Shown here one piece after another: positions 21,201 through 31,198 of a stretch of 64,000 nt of DNA. Under the pieces are notes generated by a model. That model did not search any database. It worked only from the letters and a program-made list of their open reading frames with translations, and was not told the origin of the DNA. The position numbers and the translations under genes are program-made. Each line of letters starts with the position of its first letter. The stretch's first letter is position 1. The stretch comes from Calditrichia bacterium (lineage in GTDB: Bacteria > Calditrichota > Calditrichia > JAJRVZ01), in contig CAWCNS010000016.1 of NCBI GenBank assembly GCA_963796965.1, positions 224,001-288,000 of the forward strand, read 5' to 3'.

Positions 21201-22338
21201 TTTATTAGTGAAGTTTCATTTGCTGATGAAGAATATGGTGAATTTTTAGAGATCTATAATGGTGCCCCCTACGACATCAATTTAAGAGAATTCAAACTGG
21301 TTAAACTCCACTGGAGAGGATATATAAAGGAAATCTATGATATCGGAAAGGATGAGGTGTGGGATGGCTCAGATAGTGATCGTACCCTCAAAACAATTTC
21401 TCCTTATTGGTAGAAATACTGATGTCACAACATTTGCAGATTACTGGCATTTAGATCCAGAGACGATACATTTTAATGCTGCGGATCTGATATTTGGTGC
21501 ACAGCCAAGTCGCTGGCAGTTGCGCTACTTTGATGGCATCATTGACCAGGAAGATGGGACTATCATTGATGATACACAAACGAATGTCAGTGGCTTAGAA
21601 TTAAGATCCTATCAATTCGGAATTGGATTGTGGCGTGACTCTTATTTTGAGGAAGCAACCCCCGGTTATCTAGATGGGGATCAATCCCTGCCTGTAGAAC
21701 TCGTTTTCTTCGAGACAGAAGTGAGCACTAATTCTATCATGTTAAAATGGGAAACAAAATCTGAAGTAGATAACATGGGATTTAGGATCTTGAGGAGTGT
21801 CTTTAGAGATAGTCTTTATATGCAAATTGCTTCATTTCAGGATAATGATGATTTGCTTGGTCAGGGGAATAATTCAACTGGAGGAATATATGAGTATCTT
21901 GATAAGAATGTTACCAGAAATGTGACTTACTGGTATAAAATTGTTGATGTAGATTATTCAGGTAAAGAAAGTTACTCTGGTCCTGTTAGTGGAATACTTT
22001 TGTCTATCAACGATCATCTGTTTCTTGTGGATGCAGAGACCGTGCCCAATCAATATAAATTATATAATAATTTTCCAAATCCATTTAATGCCAGCACATC
22101 AATTCGATTTGATATCCCTGATGGTATAAATAATCAAAATCGTTTTTTTATTACCGTCTATGATCTTTCTGGAAGAATCATTAACCGTCTATTTGATGGT
22201 ACTTTGAATCCGGGCACATATCAGATACATTGGACTGGTAAAAATGAGGCGGATATGGATATGGCCAGCGGTCTCTATGTACTCGTTTTAAGATCATCAG
22301 TATATTTTTCATCAAAAAAAATGATTTTACTCCGATGA
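18255..22338 (+). CDS. secreted heparinase II/III-like polysaccharide lyase with Ig/PKD and lamin-tail-like domains and C-terminal sorting tail (frameshift near 21380)
   Basis: Signal peptide; YNNH, GYNEGPHY, FRSGW, H.QHD, DAGY, HNLI; PKD WDFDDG; LFISEV..EFLEIYN. The second ORF has LPVELVFF and NFPNPFN...KKMILLR. Confidence 0.7.
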
Positions 22339-22341
22339 GTT

Positions 22342-22500
22342 AATAGAAATTCGTAATTAGGATTTGGGGATTCCGGATATGAGATATGGGATTCGATGAT
22401 GAATGGAAGTTTGATATTTCATTGATATTCAGATGTTGACATTAAACTATATAATCTCCAATTCCAACCAATTCCAAATGAAATCCCAATGCCCAATGCA
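22342..22500. repeat. inverted heptamer-array element without cargo
   Basis: ATTCGTA-ATTAGGA-TTTGGGGA-TTCCGGA-TATGAGA-TATGGGA facing AATCTCC-AATTCCA...AATCCC-AATGCCC-AATGCA. Confidence 0.55.
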
Positions 22501-22636
22501 AAATAAATGTACATTGACCTAAGGATTTTAATATTTAATTGACATTTAAGCTTTGTCATTTGACATTATAATCTATTTCTCCCTAATATCTCTTCAAATT
22601 CACTCAATCCTATATTCTACTCAAAGGACACCTTAT

Positions 22637-23695
22637 ATGGCTCTCTTAATATTTTATATCTCCCTCGCACTCAGCGTTTCATTTCTCTGCTCTATCATGG
22701 AAGCAGTATTACTCAGTGTTTCTCCACCTTTTATAGCAAAAACAGAACAGGAGAACAAAAAATTAGGGCAGCGATTAAAGATGCTTAAAGATAATGTTGA
22801 CCGTCCTCTGGCTGCAATTTTGAGTCTAAATACGATTGCACATACTGTTGGTGCAGCGGGTGCGGGGGCTCAGGCCACAGCCGTATTTGGCAATGCCTAT
22901 GTAGGTGTTATTTCTGCTATATTGACTTTTCTTATCCTGGTAATCTCTGAAATCATCCCCAAAACCCTCGGTGCAATTTATTGGAGAAAATTGGCCTCTT
23001 CTGTTGTTACACTTGTCATTCCCATCATCTGGATCATGTGGCCGTTGGTTAAAATGGCCGAGTTAATTACCAATATGCTGGGAAGTGGTAAACAGAGTGT
23101 CATGATCCGCCGCGAAGAGTTTATAGCCTTGTCAAGACTAGGAGCCCAGGAAGGTGTTCTTGAAGAAAATGAATCGCGTATCCTAAAAAATCTTTTTCGT
23201 TTTAATCAGCTTTGCGCTGCAGATATCATGACGCCGCGAACGGTTATTTTTGCCCTTGAAGAAAATCTCACGATATCAGAGGTGTTGGATAAAAATGAGA
23301 AACCACAATTTACACGCATTCCCGTCTATCAAAATGATCTTGATGAAATAAGCGGATTTGTGCTTCGCAGTGATCTTTTCTATGATGCTCTCAGAGGACA
23401 AGAAAATACGAATCTAAAGAAGATCCGTAGAGAACTGATGGCCATACCCGCAGATTTAGGATTGGATGAGCTTTTTGAGAAGCTAATCAGAAAGGTAGAG
23501 CATATTGCCCTCGTCATAGATGAATATGGTGGAACCCTCGGGATTGTAACCTTGGAAGATCTGATTGAAACTTTGATTGGTCTGGAAATTGTGGATGAAA
23601 CAGATTCTGTTGAGGATATGCAGAAGTTGGCCAGAGAACAGTGGAAGAAGAGGGCTCAGAGACTGGGGCTAACAATAGATGAAAAAATAAAGTGA
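22637..23695 (+). CDS. CNNM/DUF21-CBS domain membrane protein (CorC/hemolysin family)
   Basis: SFLCSIMEAVLLS, LNTIAHT, SEIIPKT, IMTPR, DEYGG, TLEDLIE. ATG at 22637 follows AAAGGA. Confidence 0.88.
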   Translation: MALLIFYISLALSVSFLCSIMEAVLLSVSPPFIAKTEQENKKLGQRLKMLKDNVDRPLAAILSLNTIAHTVGAAGAGAQATAVFGNAYVGVISAILTFLILVISEIIPKTLGAIYWRKLASSVVTLVIPIIWIMWPLVKMAELITNMLGSGKQSVMIRREEFIALSRLGAQEGVLEENESRILKNLFRFNQLCAADIMTPRTVIFALEENLTISEVLDKNEKPQFTRIPVYQNDLDEISGFVLRSDLFYDALRGQENTNLKKIRRELMAIPADLGLDELFEKLIRKVEHIALVIDEYGGTLGIVTLEDLIETLIGLEIVDETDSVEDMQKLAREQWKKRAQRLGLTIDEKIK

Positions 23696-23705
23696 TACTC
23701 ATGAA

Positions 23706-25589
23706 ATGTCAAATGATCAAGCCTCAAGGCCAATTCAAATCCAAAATTCGCATATGCGTTCAATTACAGTATTAGTTCTTATGTTTGTCTTCCTCGTTTC
23801 TGGTGAGAAACTTTATAGTCAGGAAGGTTATGTCCTCGATAATCTATATTTCGAGGGGAATAAGACTTTTTCAGAAAGTGAGTTAATAAGTCAGACGTCT
23901 CTTTTTACCATAAATTGGTTCGAAAAATCAATTTTCAGAAAAGATAAGTTCATTGTCAGTGAAGATTATCTGGCAGCTGACCTGGATAAACTGGTTTTCT
24001 TTTATCAACAAAATGGATTTCTATATGTTCAAATAAGCTCTGAATATAGTGACCTTGATCATTCCAATGAATCGCTTGACCTAAAGATCATTATAGAGGA
24101 AAATGAACCTGTCTCCATATCGGCAGTAAAACATCATAACAAATTAGATAAATCACCATTTAATAATACTTGCGATTCTCTCTTTAGAGCACTTATTCCC
24201 GAACTCAAACTTCGTGAAAATGAAAGATTTTGTGATGATTATCTGGAAGAGGATCGCCAAAAGATTACGAATAACTTTCTGAATGCAGGCTTTGCCTATG
24301 TTAAAGTTGAACCTGAACTTCTGTTATCTGATGATGAGAAAGAAGTAGAGATCATTTGGGGAATTAATTCCGGGCCGCTTTGTTATTTTGGCCAGGTAGA
24401 GATCTTTGAAGTAAAGGATGTCTCTGAAGAATTAATTATTGATAGAATTGAGTTCAAAGCAGGCGATTTGTATCAGAAAATCCTATTGGACACGACGCAT
24501 CACAGCATTTATTCTCTGGGATTATTTCAGGTCGTTTCTGTTCAGGCCATTCTAAATCAAAAAAAGCCGCATATCATACCTGTGCGAATTACTGTAAAAG
24601 AAGCCTCAAAATATACCACAAAATTTGGCGCCGGATATGGGAGTGAAGAAAAATTCAGGGCCTTTGCTGATATTTTAAAAATTTCATTCTTAGGAGGCGC
24701 ACGTCGCCTCAACCTGATACTCAGTCATTCTGGGATACAGCCCTATAATGTTGATCTGCGTTTTATGCAACCGGCATTTATTGTTAGACCCCTGGCTCTT
24801 ATTTTGAATCCTTTTATGAGGAAACAGGATGAACCAGGTTACAAGGTTGAGAGAATAGGAGTGAAATCTACATTCTTATATTCTTTTGCTTCAAGATTGA
24901 CATCATCCTTTACCTATACCTATGAAGATGTGCAAAGCGACACAATTGATCTTGGTTTAATAAATGATTTAATAGAGGACAGATACAAAGGCTTATACGA
25001 CAAATCTATGATAAATCTGGGGTTTAACTGGGATACATCTTATCCAATGTTCTACCCATCCAGGGGGTTTCTCGCGTCCATAAACTTACAGTACAATGGA
25101 TTCATTTTAGTAAGTGAATATCCCTTTGAAAAAACCATTCTCGATATACGAACGTATCAAAAAATATCAGAAATGGTACTTGCTCTCAGACTAAAGCTTG
25201 GAGGCATTATACCCCTACGGGGAAATGATTTTATACCGGTAGAAGAACGATTTTACTCGGGTGGTAGTTATTCTGTCCGTGGATGGTCCAGACAGGAATT
25301 AGGACCCAAAGATCCTATTGGGGGACCCATTGGAGGTCAGAGTCTGCTTGAGTTTAGTAGTGAATTCAGATTTAATATCTATGATCCGGTTACCGGTGTT
25401 GCTTTCATGGACTGTGGAAATGTATGGTTAGAGTCCTATAAATGGTATCTCAATGAAATCAGATATTCACTGGGTGCCGGGATCAGAGTTAAAACGCCAA
25501 TTGGTCCTGTCCGGTTTGATGTGGCCAGACCGGTTTTTGATGAAGAGAATACATGGCAGTTTCATTTTAGTGTGGGTAATGCTTTTTAG
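23706..25589 (+). CDS. tamA: BamA/TamA family outer-membrane protein
   Basis: POTRA repeats, RFYSGGSYSVRGW, TPIGPVRFD, C-terminal F; sits upstream of tamB. Confidence 0.8.
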   Translation: MSNDQASRPIQIQNSHMRSITVLVLMFVFLVSGEKLYSQEGYVLDNLYFEGNKTFSESELISQTSLFTINWFEKSIFRKDKFIVSEDYLAADLDKLVFFYQQNGFLYVQISSEYSDLDHSNESLDLKIIIEENEPVSISAVKHHNKLDKSPFNNTCDSLFRALIPELKLRENERFCDDYLEEDRQKITNNFLNAGFAYVKVEPELLLSDDEKEVEIIWGINSGPLCYFGQVEIFEVKDVSEELIIDRIEFKAGDLYQKILLDTTHHSIYSLGLFQVVSVQAILNQKKPHIIPVRITVKEASKYTTKFGAGYGSEEKFRAFADILKISFLGGARRLNLILSHSGIQPYNVDLRFMQPAFIVRPLALILNPFMRKQDEPGYKVERIGVKSTFLYSFASRLTSSFTYTYEDVQSDTIDLGLINDLIEDRYKGLYDKSMINLGFNWDTSYPMFYPSRGFLASINLQYNGFILVSEYPFEKTILDIRTYQKISEMVLALRLKLGGIIPLRGNDFIPVEERFYSGGSYSVRGWSRQELGPKDPIGGPIGGQSLLEFSSEFRFNIYDPVTGVAFMDCGNVWLESYKWYLNEIRYSLGAGIRVKTPIGPVRFDVARPVFDEENTWQFHFSVGNAF

Positions 25590-25590
25590 T

Positions 25591-25653
25591 CGCAAAGCAC
25601 CAGGCGCATAGCATTACTCATATGAAATGATTGCTCTGCTCGTTGCGCCATGC
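25591..25653. repeat. short intergenic repeat (GCATGGCGCA family)
   Basis: The reverse complement of 25634-25653 (GCATGGCGCAACGAGCAGAG) matches 41795-41814 at 18/20. Confidence 0.55.
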
Positions 25654-25687
25654 ATAATCGTTGGAAATGATTGAAGTAAAACCAAGT

Positions 25688-28600
25688 ATGAAAAAAGTAT
25701 TTAAAATATTATTGTGGATGCTGATATCCCTTATAGGATTGATTCTTATTGCCGGATTAATCACCCAAACGTCATTTTTTAAGGGTTGGTTAAAGGATAT
25801 TGCCGTCTCTGAATTGAATCAGATTCTCAATGCTAATACTTCTATTGGAGAAATAGAAGGCAATCTCTTCAGCAATCTTGTGATTCAAGATGTGCTTTTT
25901 ATAATGGAGAATGATACACTCGGCTCAGTTGAGGAAATTTATATATCTTATAACCTTTTTAAATTTCTGTCTGATGAAATACATGTTAATGCGTTGACAA
26001 TCAAATATCCAAGATTTTTCCTGTCAGAGGACTCTGTACAGGGATGGAATGTCACTAACGTGATTCACCAGGACGAATCCCTACCCGACACGTTATCCCC
26101 GGAAGAAAAGGAGCCTTTTCAGCTAAAAATAGTGATCGATTCATTTAATCTTCAGGATGGATATGCGGAGATTAAAGCAAATGATGATTTAATATCCGAG
26201 AAGATAAGCAATCTAAACTTAAAGTTGAATGGTTTATACTGCACTGACTCATTGGCTATCCAACTCGATAATCTGGCTTTCCAGTCTGAACGACCAAACC
26301 TGCTCCTCAAAAAGTTATCTTTTAGTTTTAGACAAGATCATGAAGGATTATATTTAAAAAACCTGGTTATTCAAACAGATGAAAATACGATCATCTCAGA
26401 TGCTACTTATCAGGAGTTGAAGAATAATCATCTGAATCTTAACGCAAATAATTTAAATCTGAGTGAATTTGAATTTATTCTTCCTGGATTCAGCCTTAAT
26501 AAAAATCCCGACATCCAGATTGAATCAAATTTTAATCGGGATTCTCTCCAACTTGTCATCGATATAGGTACTGAAGATGAAAGTTTTAATATAAAAGCAA
26601 AGGCTGTAAATTATCAGTCCTTCTTTGAAGATATTAATTCTGATCCGATCCACTTTAGTCTTAATCTCCTGATTCCCCAATTAAGAGTTACATGATTGGT
26701 CAGATCATATTCCTGTAGAAAAAATCCGTGGTGAGTTAAGCGCAAGTGGTACTCTCACTACATTGGATGACATTCAGGCAAAAGTCAAAGGAGCCTTTTA
26801 TGATATAGAAATAGAGGGGCTTACAGCAGATTCTATCCATATTGATGCTAGAGTAGATCAAAATAAGGTCAGTGGAGATATGCAGGTGTTATCTGAATTT
26901 ATCAATCTGGATCTGGAATTTAATGTCGATGATTTCATGGATCAGCCCGGTTACCATGGTGATCTTAACGTGGTTCATCTGGATTTGGGACCCATATTAT
27001 CAGAAGACAAAATTAACACAGATCTTAATTTTAATTTACTTTTGCAGGGAGCCGGTGATGGTCTTTCAAATCAAATAATCTCCATGAAATTAGATCTTCA
27101 ATCATCCCGGTTTAATGAATTCATGATTGATACATTATTTGCCCGGGGCGTTCTAACCGGGACTGACTATAATCTTGAAACCTTACAGATTCAAACCAAG
27201 CTCGGTTCGCTCGCTCTGGCAGGTTATGGTAATATAGATTCCCTTCTTACGCTTACGTATGATATTACTATTGGTGATTTACAGACATTGGCAGCTACGG
27301 TCGGTGCTGATACAATTCAGTCATCTGGTCATATTTCAGGCCAGGTAAAAGGCAATCTGACATCATTGAAAAATGAAGTAAGTTTTGAGATGAGAAATCT
27401 GCAATATAATAATTTAGAACTTGATTCATTAGCAGGAAATGCATCATTAAGTTTACAGGATAGCCTGTTTAGTGGCTCGACAGAGTTCGAATTTAAAGAT
27501 CTGATGGTTGGAAGTAAATTGATTGATCTAGTTAAACTATCAGCGGTATATGAGTACGGTCGAATCACATCGGAACTTGAGGTAAAATTTGATCAGAATC
27601 TTCGTTCATCATTAACAGCAACGATAATACCTGACAGTGTCCTGGAAATTTCAATGCCTAGGATAGATATAGATTTTGTGGATGAAAACTGGAATGGCAG
27701 CATGAATAAACTCTCCTTTGATACAGGTACAAATAATTTGCAAATAGAGGATTTTCTTTTAAAGTGCCCAAGTGGTGAGAGTCCAGGTCAATTGGCAATG
27801 AACGGATCCTTAAGTCCCACTGGAGAAGAGGACTTTACTCTGAAACTGGAAGGTCTGCGCCCGGGTAGTTTTTTATTCTATCTGGGAATTGAAAGTGAAA
27901 TCGATGCACGAATAAATTCGAATCTGGAAATTACGGGCACAGCTGATAAACCGCTCATTCAGGGTAATTTATCATTTGAAAATGGATTGGTCGGAGGTGT
28001 AAAATATCAAGGAATTTATAGCGCTTTCGATTATCATGACAGTCGATTTAATTTCGATTTTTTAATGGATTTTAATGGCCAGGATAGTTTGACAGCCGGG
28101 GGTAATCTTCCTGTTCATCTATCATTTGCAGATACGGTAAAGATCCTGGATCCGAATGAACCGATCCACTTGAATATCCGCTCAGAATCAATCCCTCTGG
28201 CCATGTTTTTGTCTAATGTGAAATCATTTCCTGAAGTCTCTGGTGTCTTTTTATGTGATTTAAGTATTGAAAATAATTTAAGTGATCCAAGAATTAACGG
28301 AAATTTGCAAATTAAGGATGGCTCGTTACGTTCAACCTATTGGGGAATCAATTATCAGAAAATTGAAGTCAATATTTTAGCTGAGGATGATAAATTCTTT
28401 TTAGAAAAGTTTCAGATCATCACAAATCAAGGCAAAGTAGAAGCTGCCGGTAAAATTCAGTTTGATTTTGATAATATCGAGAAGCCAATATTATACAGCG
28501 ATATGAATCTGAAAGCAGAAAATTTCTTTCTTCTTCAACACAAGGATTTTGAAATCCAGGTGTCAGCAGATATTAAATATAAAATGGAGGAAGAACACCC

Positions 28601-29583
28601 AAAGGTAGACGGATATATTGAGGTTAATCGGTCAAATTTTTACTTGCCGACGGTCAGAGACCGTGCCGGATATGTAACTGAAGTTGGTGAAACAAGCAAA
28701 CCGGTACTGGTCCAGGTGCGAAATAAAAAATTGGGATTGGATAAAATTGCAAAACAGGATCTGACTCAATCGGTCAAAGGAGATACCTTACGTGCCCCAG
28801 GATTTCTGGAAAAGCTGGAGGGCAACTTAGTCATTCGTTTCCCCAGGAATACCTGGATTCGTAACCCACAGCTTCGTCTGGAACTTGGTGGCGATATTCA
28901 GATAACTATGGTAGATGGCGATGTCCTCCTAAAAGGACCCTTGAAATTTGTTCGAGGTCAATATGATCTGTTTGGACGTCGGTTCACCGTAATAGAGGGA
29001 AATGTCGATTTTCAGGGGAAGAAGGAAATAAATCCTCCTATTCTTCTTGAGGCGGAATATATATATAGAACTACTAGCAGAGAGAAAAAAGCATTGGTTT
29101 TAAAAATAACAGGTAACTTGAATTATCCCGTCGTATCTTTTTTTGAAAATAATAATAAAATTTCGGCAGAAGATGCCGTCTCAATTGTATTATATGGTCG
29201 TAAGAAAGACGAGTTAAGCTATGGGACCCAGACCAATTTGGCTGAGTCGGGTGTGGCGAACACCGCTGCAATGGGGATTGTTTCCAATATGTTATCGGAC
29301 CGATTATCGCAGTGACTGTGGGTGATGATCTATCTTTGGATGTCATTGAAGTCAATGCCCAGGATAATTGGCAAGGTGCTAATTTTGTTGTTGGTAAATA
29401 TATTACAGAGGATATTTTTCTTGACATATAAACGAGAATTTGGGCAGAGCCAGGACAATAATCTTTATCCGGAGACCATCATCCATGGAGTATGAGATTA
29501 TAAAAAATTTCTTTTTCCAAATGATTCAGGGGGATCCAAGGGAGAGTGGATATGATTTATTGTTTAAATTCGACTGGGATTAA
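25688..29583 (+). CDS. tamB: translocation/assembly module TamB (several frameshifts)
   Basis: N-terminal anchor and AsmA-like beta repeats; C-terminal GQYDLFGRRF..G.VDF, VGKYITEDIF, ending FKFDWD at TAA 29583. Pieces are 25661..26695, 26763..29315 and a tail. Confidence 0.8.
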
Positions 29584-29767
29584 TGAAGGAAAACAAGAAG
29601 CGAATTTATGGTATGCATTCTATTTTGGATTGCTGCTTCTGTCGTTTCCATGGGATTAGCCACAACTGTCTGGGATATTAAGGCGCGTGAATAGGTTTTT
29701 GTACGCGTATCATGCCAAAGTTAATGATTGAACAAATAGAAATAATGTCCTACTAAAATTGTGAATC

Positions 29768-29914
29768 ATGATGTTTATGAATCTGTTAGATATAATAATT
29801 ATTGGTTTAATTTGTTTTTCTGGCTTGGCTTGTAAGCAGGCGGAAATTTCATCATTGGCAAATTACGATGAAAAGGGCAGAGGTACGCTATATATCCATT
29901 GGGGAACGAAATAG
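29768..29914 (+). pseudogene. short lipoprotein-like ORF or gene remnant (48 aa)
   Basis: MMFMNLLDIIIIGLICFSGLACKQAEISSLANYDEKGRGTLYIHWGTK with a GLAC lipobox. Confidence 0.3.
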
Positions 29915-30114
29915 AGTTAAAAAGTTGTTCGGATTATTTTCCCCAAATAAATGTTATTAATAGGATCTGGTTTTTCACGCAGTTCAACGGGCCATCACAT
30001 CATCGTTTAGACCTAATCTATATCTGAACAATACCAAAAATTCAAAAGATTTAGAGATAAAAATTTGCTAAATTATGGAAGTTAATACTTTAGGATAACA
30101 AAATTGAGAGAGGA

Positions 30115-30591
30115 ATGATTATGCCTAAAACGTTAAATGATCTTTTGGATGTCGCCATACATGATGAAATTAATGCTCAAAAATTTTATCGGATTATGGG
30201 TGAAAAAACAAACAACCCAAAATTAAAAGAATTTTTTGACTCTTTGTCAAATGAAGAAAGGGGACATGAAAGGATACTTAAGGGTGTTAAGGAAATGGAA
30301 CTCTATGATGGTAATTTAGAAGTAGATGAGGAGTCTTTGCGGCAAATAGAAGGGGCACATGTTATCGATGATAATGAATCAATTGAAGATATGACCATCG
30401 AAAGAGCGATGGAAATTGCGATGAAAAGAGAAAATAAAGCTTCCCAGGTCTATGGTCAAATGGCTGAAAGCACCAGTCAGGAAGAGATAATGAAATTATT
30501 TACCAGTATTGCCTCAGATGAACGTCGCCACTTTAAAACGATAGAAGAAAAATATAAAATCCACACGGGTCAAATGGGGCAGGAAGCGTAA
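30115..30591 (+). CDS. ferritin-like / rubrerythrin family diiron protein
   Basis: Duplicated E..(A..FY)...EExxH pattern: AIHDE/EERGH and AMKRE/DERRH. Confidence 0.85.
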   Translation: MIMPKTLNDLLDVAIHDEINAQKFYRIMGEKTNNPKLKEFFDSLSNEERGHERILKGVKEMELYDGNLEVDEESLRQIEGAHVIDDNESIEDMTIERAMEIAMKRENKASQVYGQMAESTSQEEIMKLFTSIASDERRHFKTIEEKYKIHTGQMGQEA

Positions 30592-30602
30592 TCTGGTCCT
30601 AT

Positions 30603-31160
30603 AATTTTCGATTTTGGATTGAGGATTTTGGATTATAGAGTACTTTTTATTGAATTAAGTTAGAAATATCGCACTATCAAAGGTTTTTTCTGACCGTTTT
30701 TATAGATGCTACAGTGATTGCTAGAAGTTCATCGCATTCTTTTAATAAAATGTCTATGAGTGGATTGGAAGAAATTTTCATTTCTTTAATGAGTTCAAGC
30801 CATAATTGAGATTCATCTGCTTCTTCTTCGACAATACCCATTTTTGATATAAACTCTGCTTTGGACCGACCCCGACAAGCTGCTCTGTAATTTGCCGCTA
30901 TAGATGTTCCAGATCTAAATAGTTGATTTCCAATTAGCCTTCCTTCTCTATTATTAGGCAGAGTGCGACAAAACTGAATTATATCTTTAGCAAATCTTTT
31001 TGTTCTCTCTCTTAATTCCTTCTCATTCAATACCAATTCCTCTTACTTTCGAATAATGAATTTAGATTGTGGGGCATATGTTAGGCATTGCAAAAATTAT
31101 ACCATATACAAGAATTTAAATTCAAGCTCTTCCAAAATCCGCAATCCAAAATCCAAAATT
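30603..31160. mobile_element. inverted-repeat-bounded cassette carrying the four-helix-bundle gene
   Basis: 30603-30632 reverse-complemented (TCCAAAATCCTCAATCCAAAATCGAAAATT) matches 31131-31160 (TCCAAAATCCGCAATCCAAAATCCAAAATT) at 28/30. Confidence 0.55.
30677..31036 (-). CDS. four helix bundle protein (23S rRNA IVS-protein family)
   Basis: LRERTKRFA, QLFRSGTSIAANYRAACRGRSKAEFISKMGIVEEEADESQLWLEL. Confidence 0.92.
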   Translation of the reverse strand: MVLNEKELRERTKRFAKDIIQFCRTLPNNREGRLIGNQLFRSGTSIAANYRAACRGRSKAEFISKMGIVEEEADESQLWLELIKEMKISSNPLIDILLKECDELLAITVASIKTVRKNL

Positions 31161-31198
31161 AGAAACGGCAAGCATCCCTTGTCGAGAACCCAAACCCT

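Noticed and set aside
29870..30010. Possible lysine riboswitch (AGAGGTACGC) with a TTGGGGAA/TTCCCCAA stem
   Set aside because: Other conserved riboswitch elements are missing, the motif lies inside a short lipoprotein-like ORF, and the downstream gene is ferritin-like.
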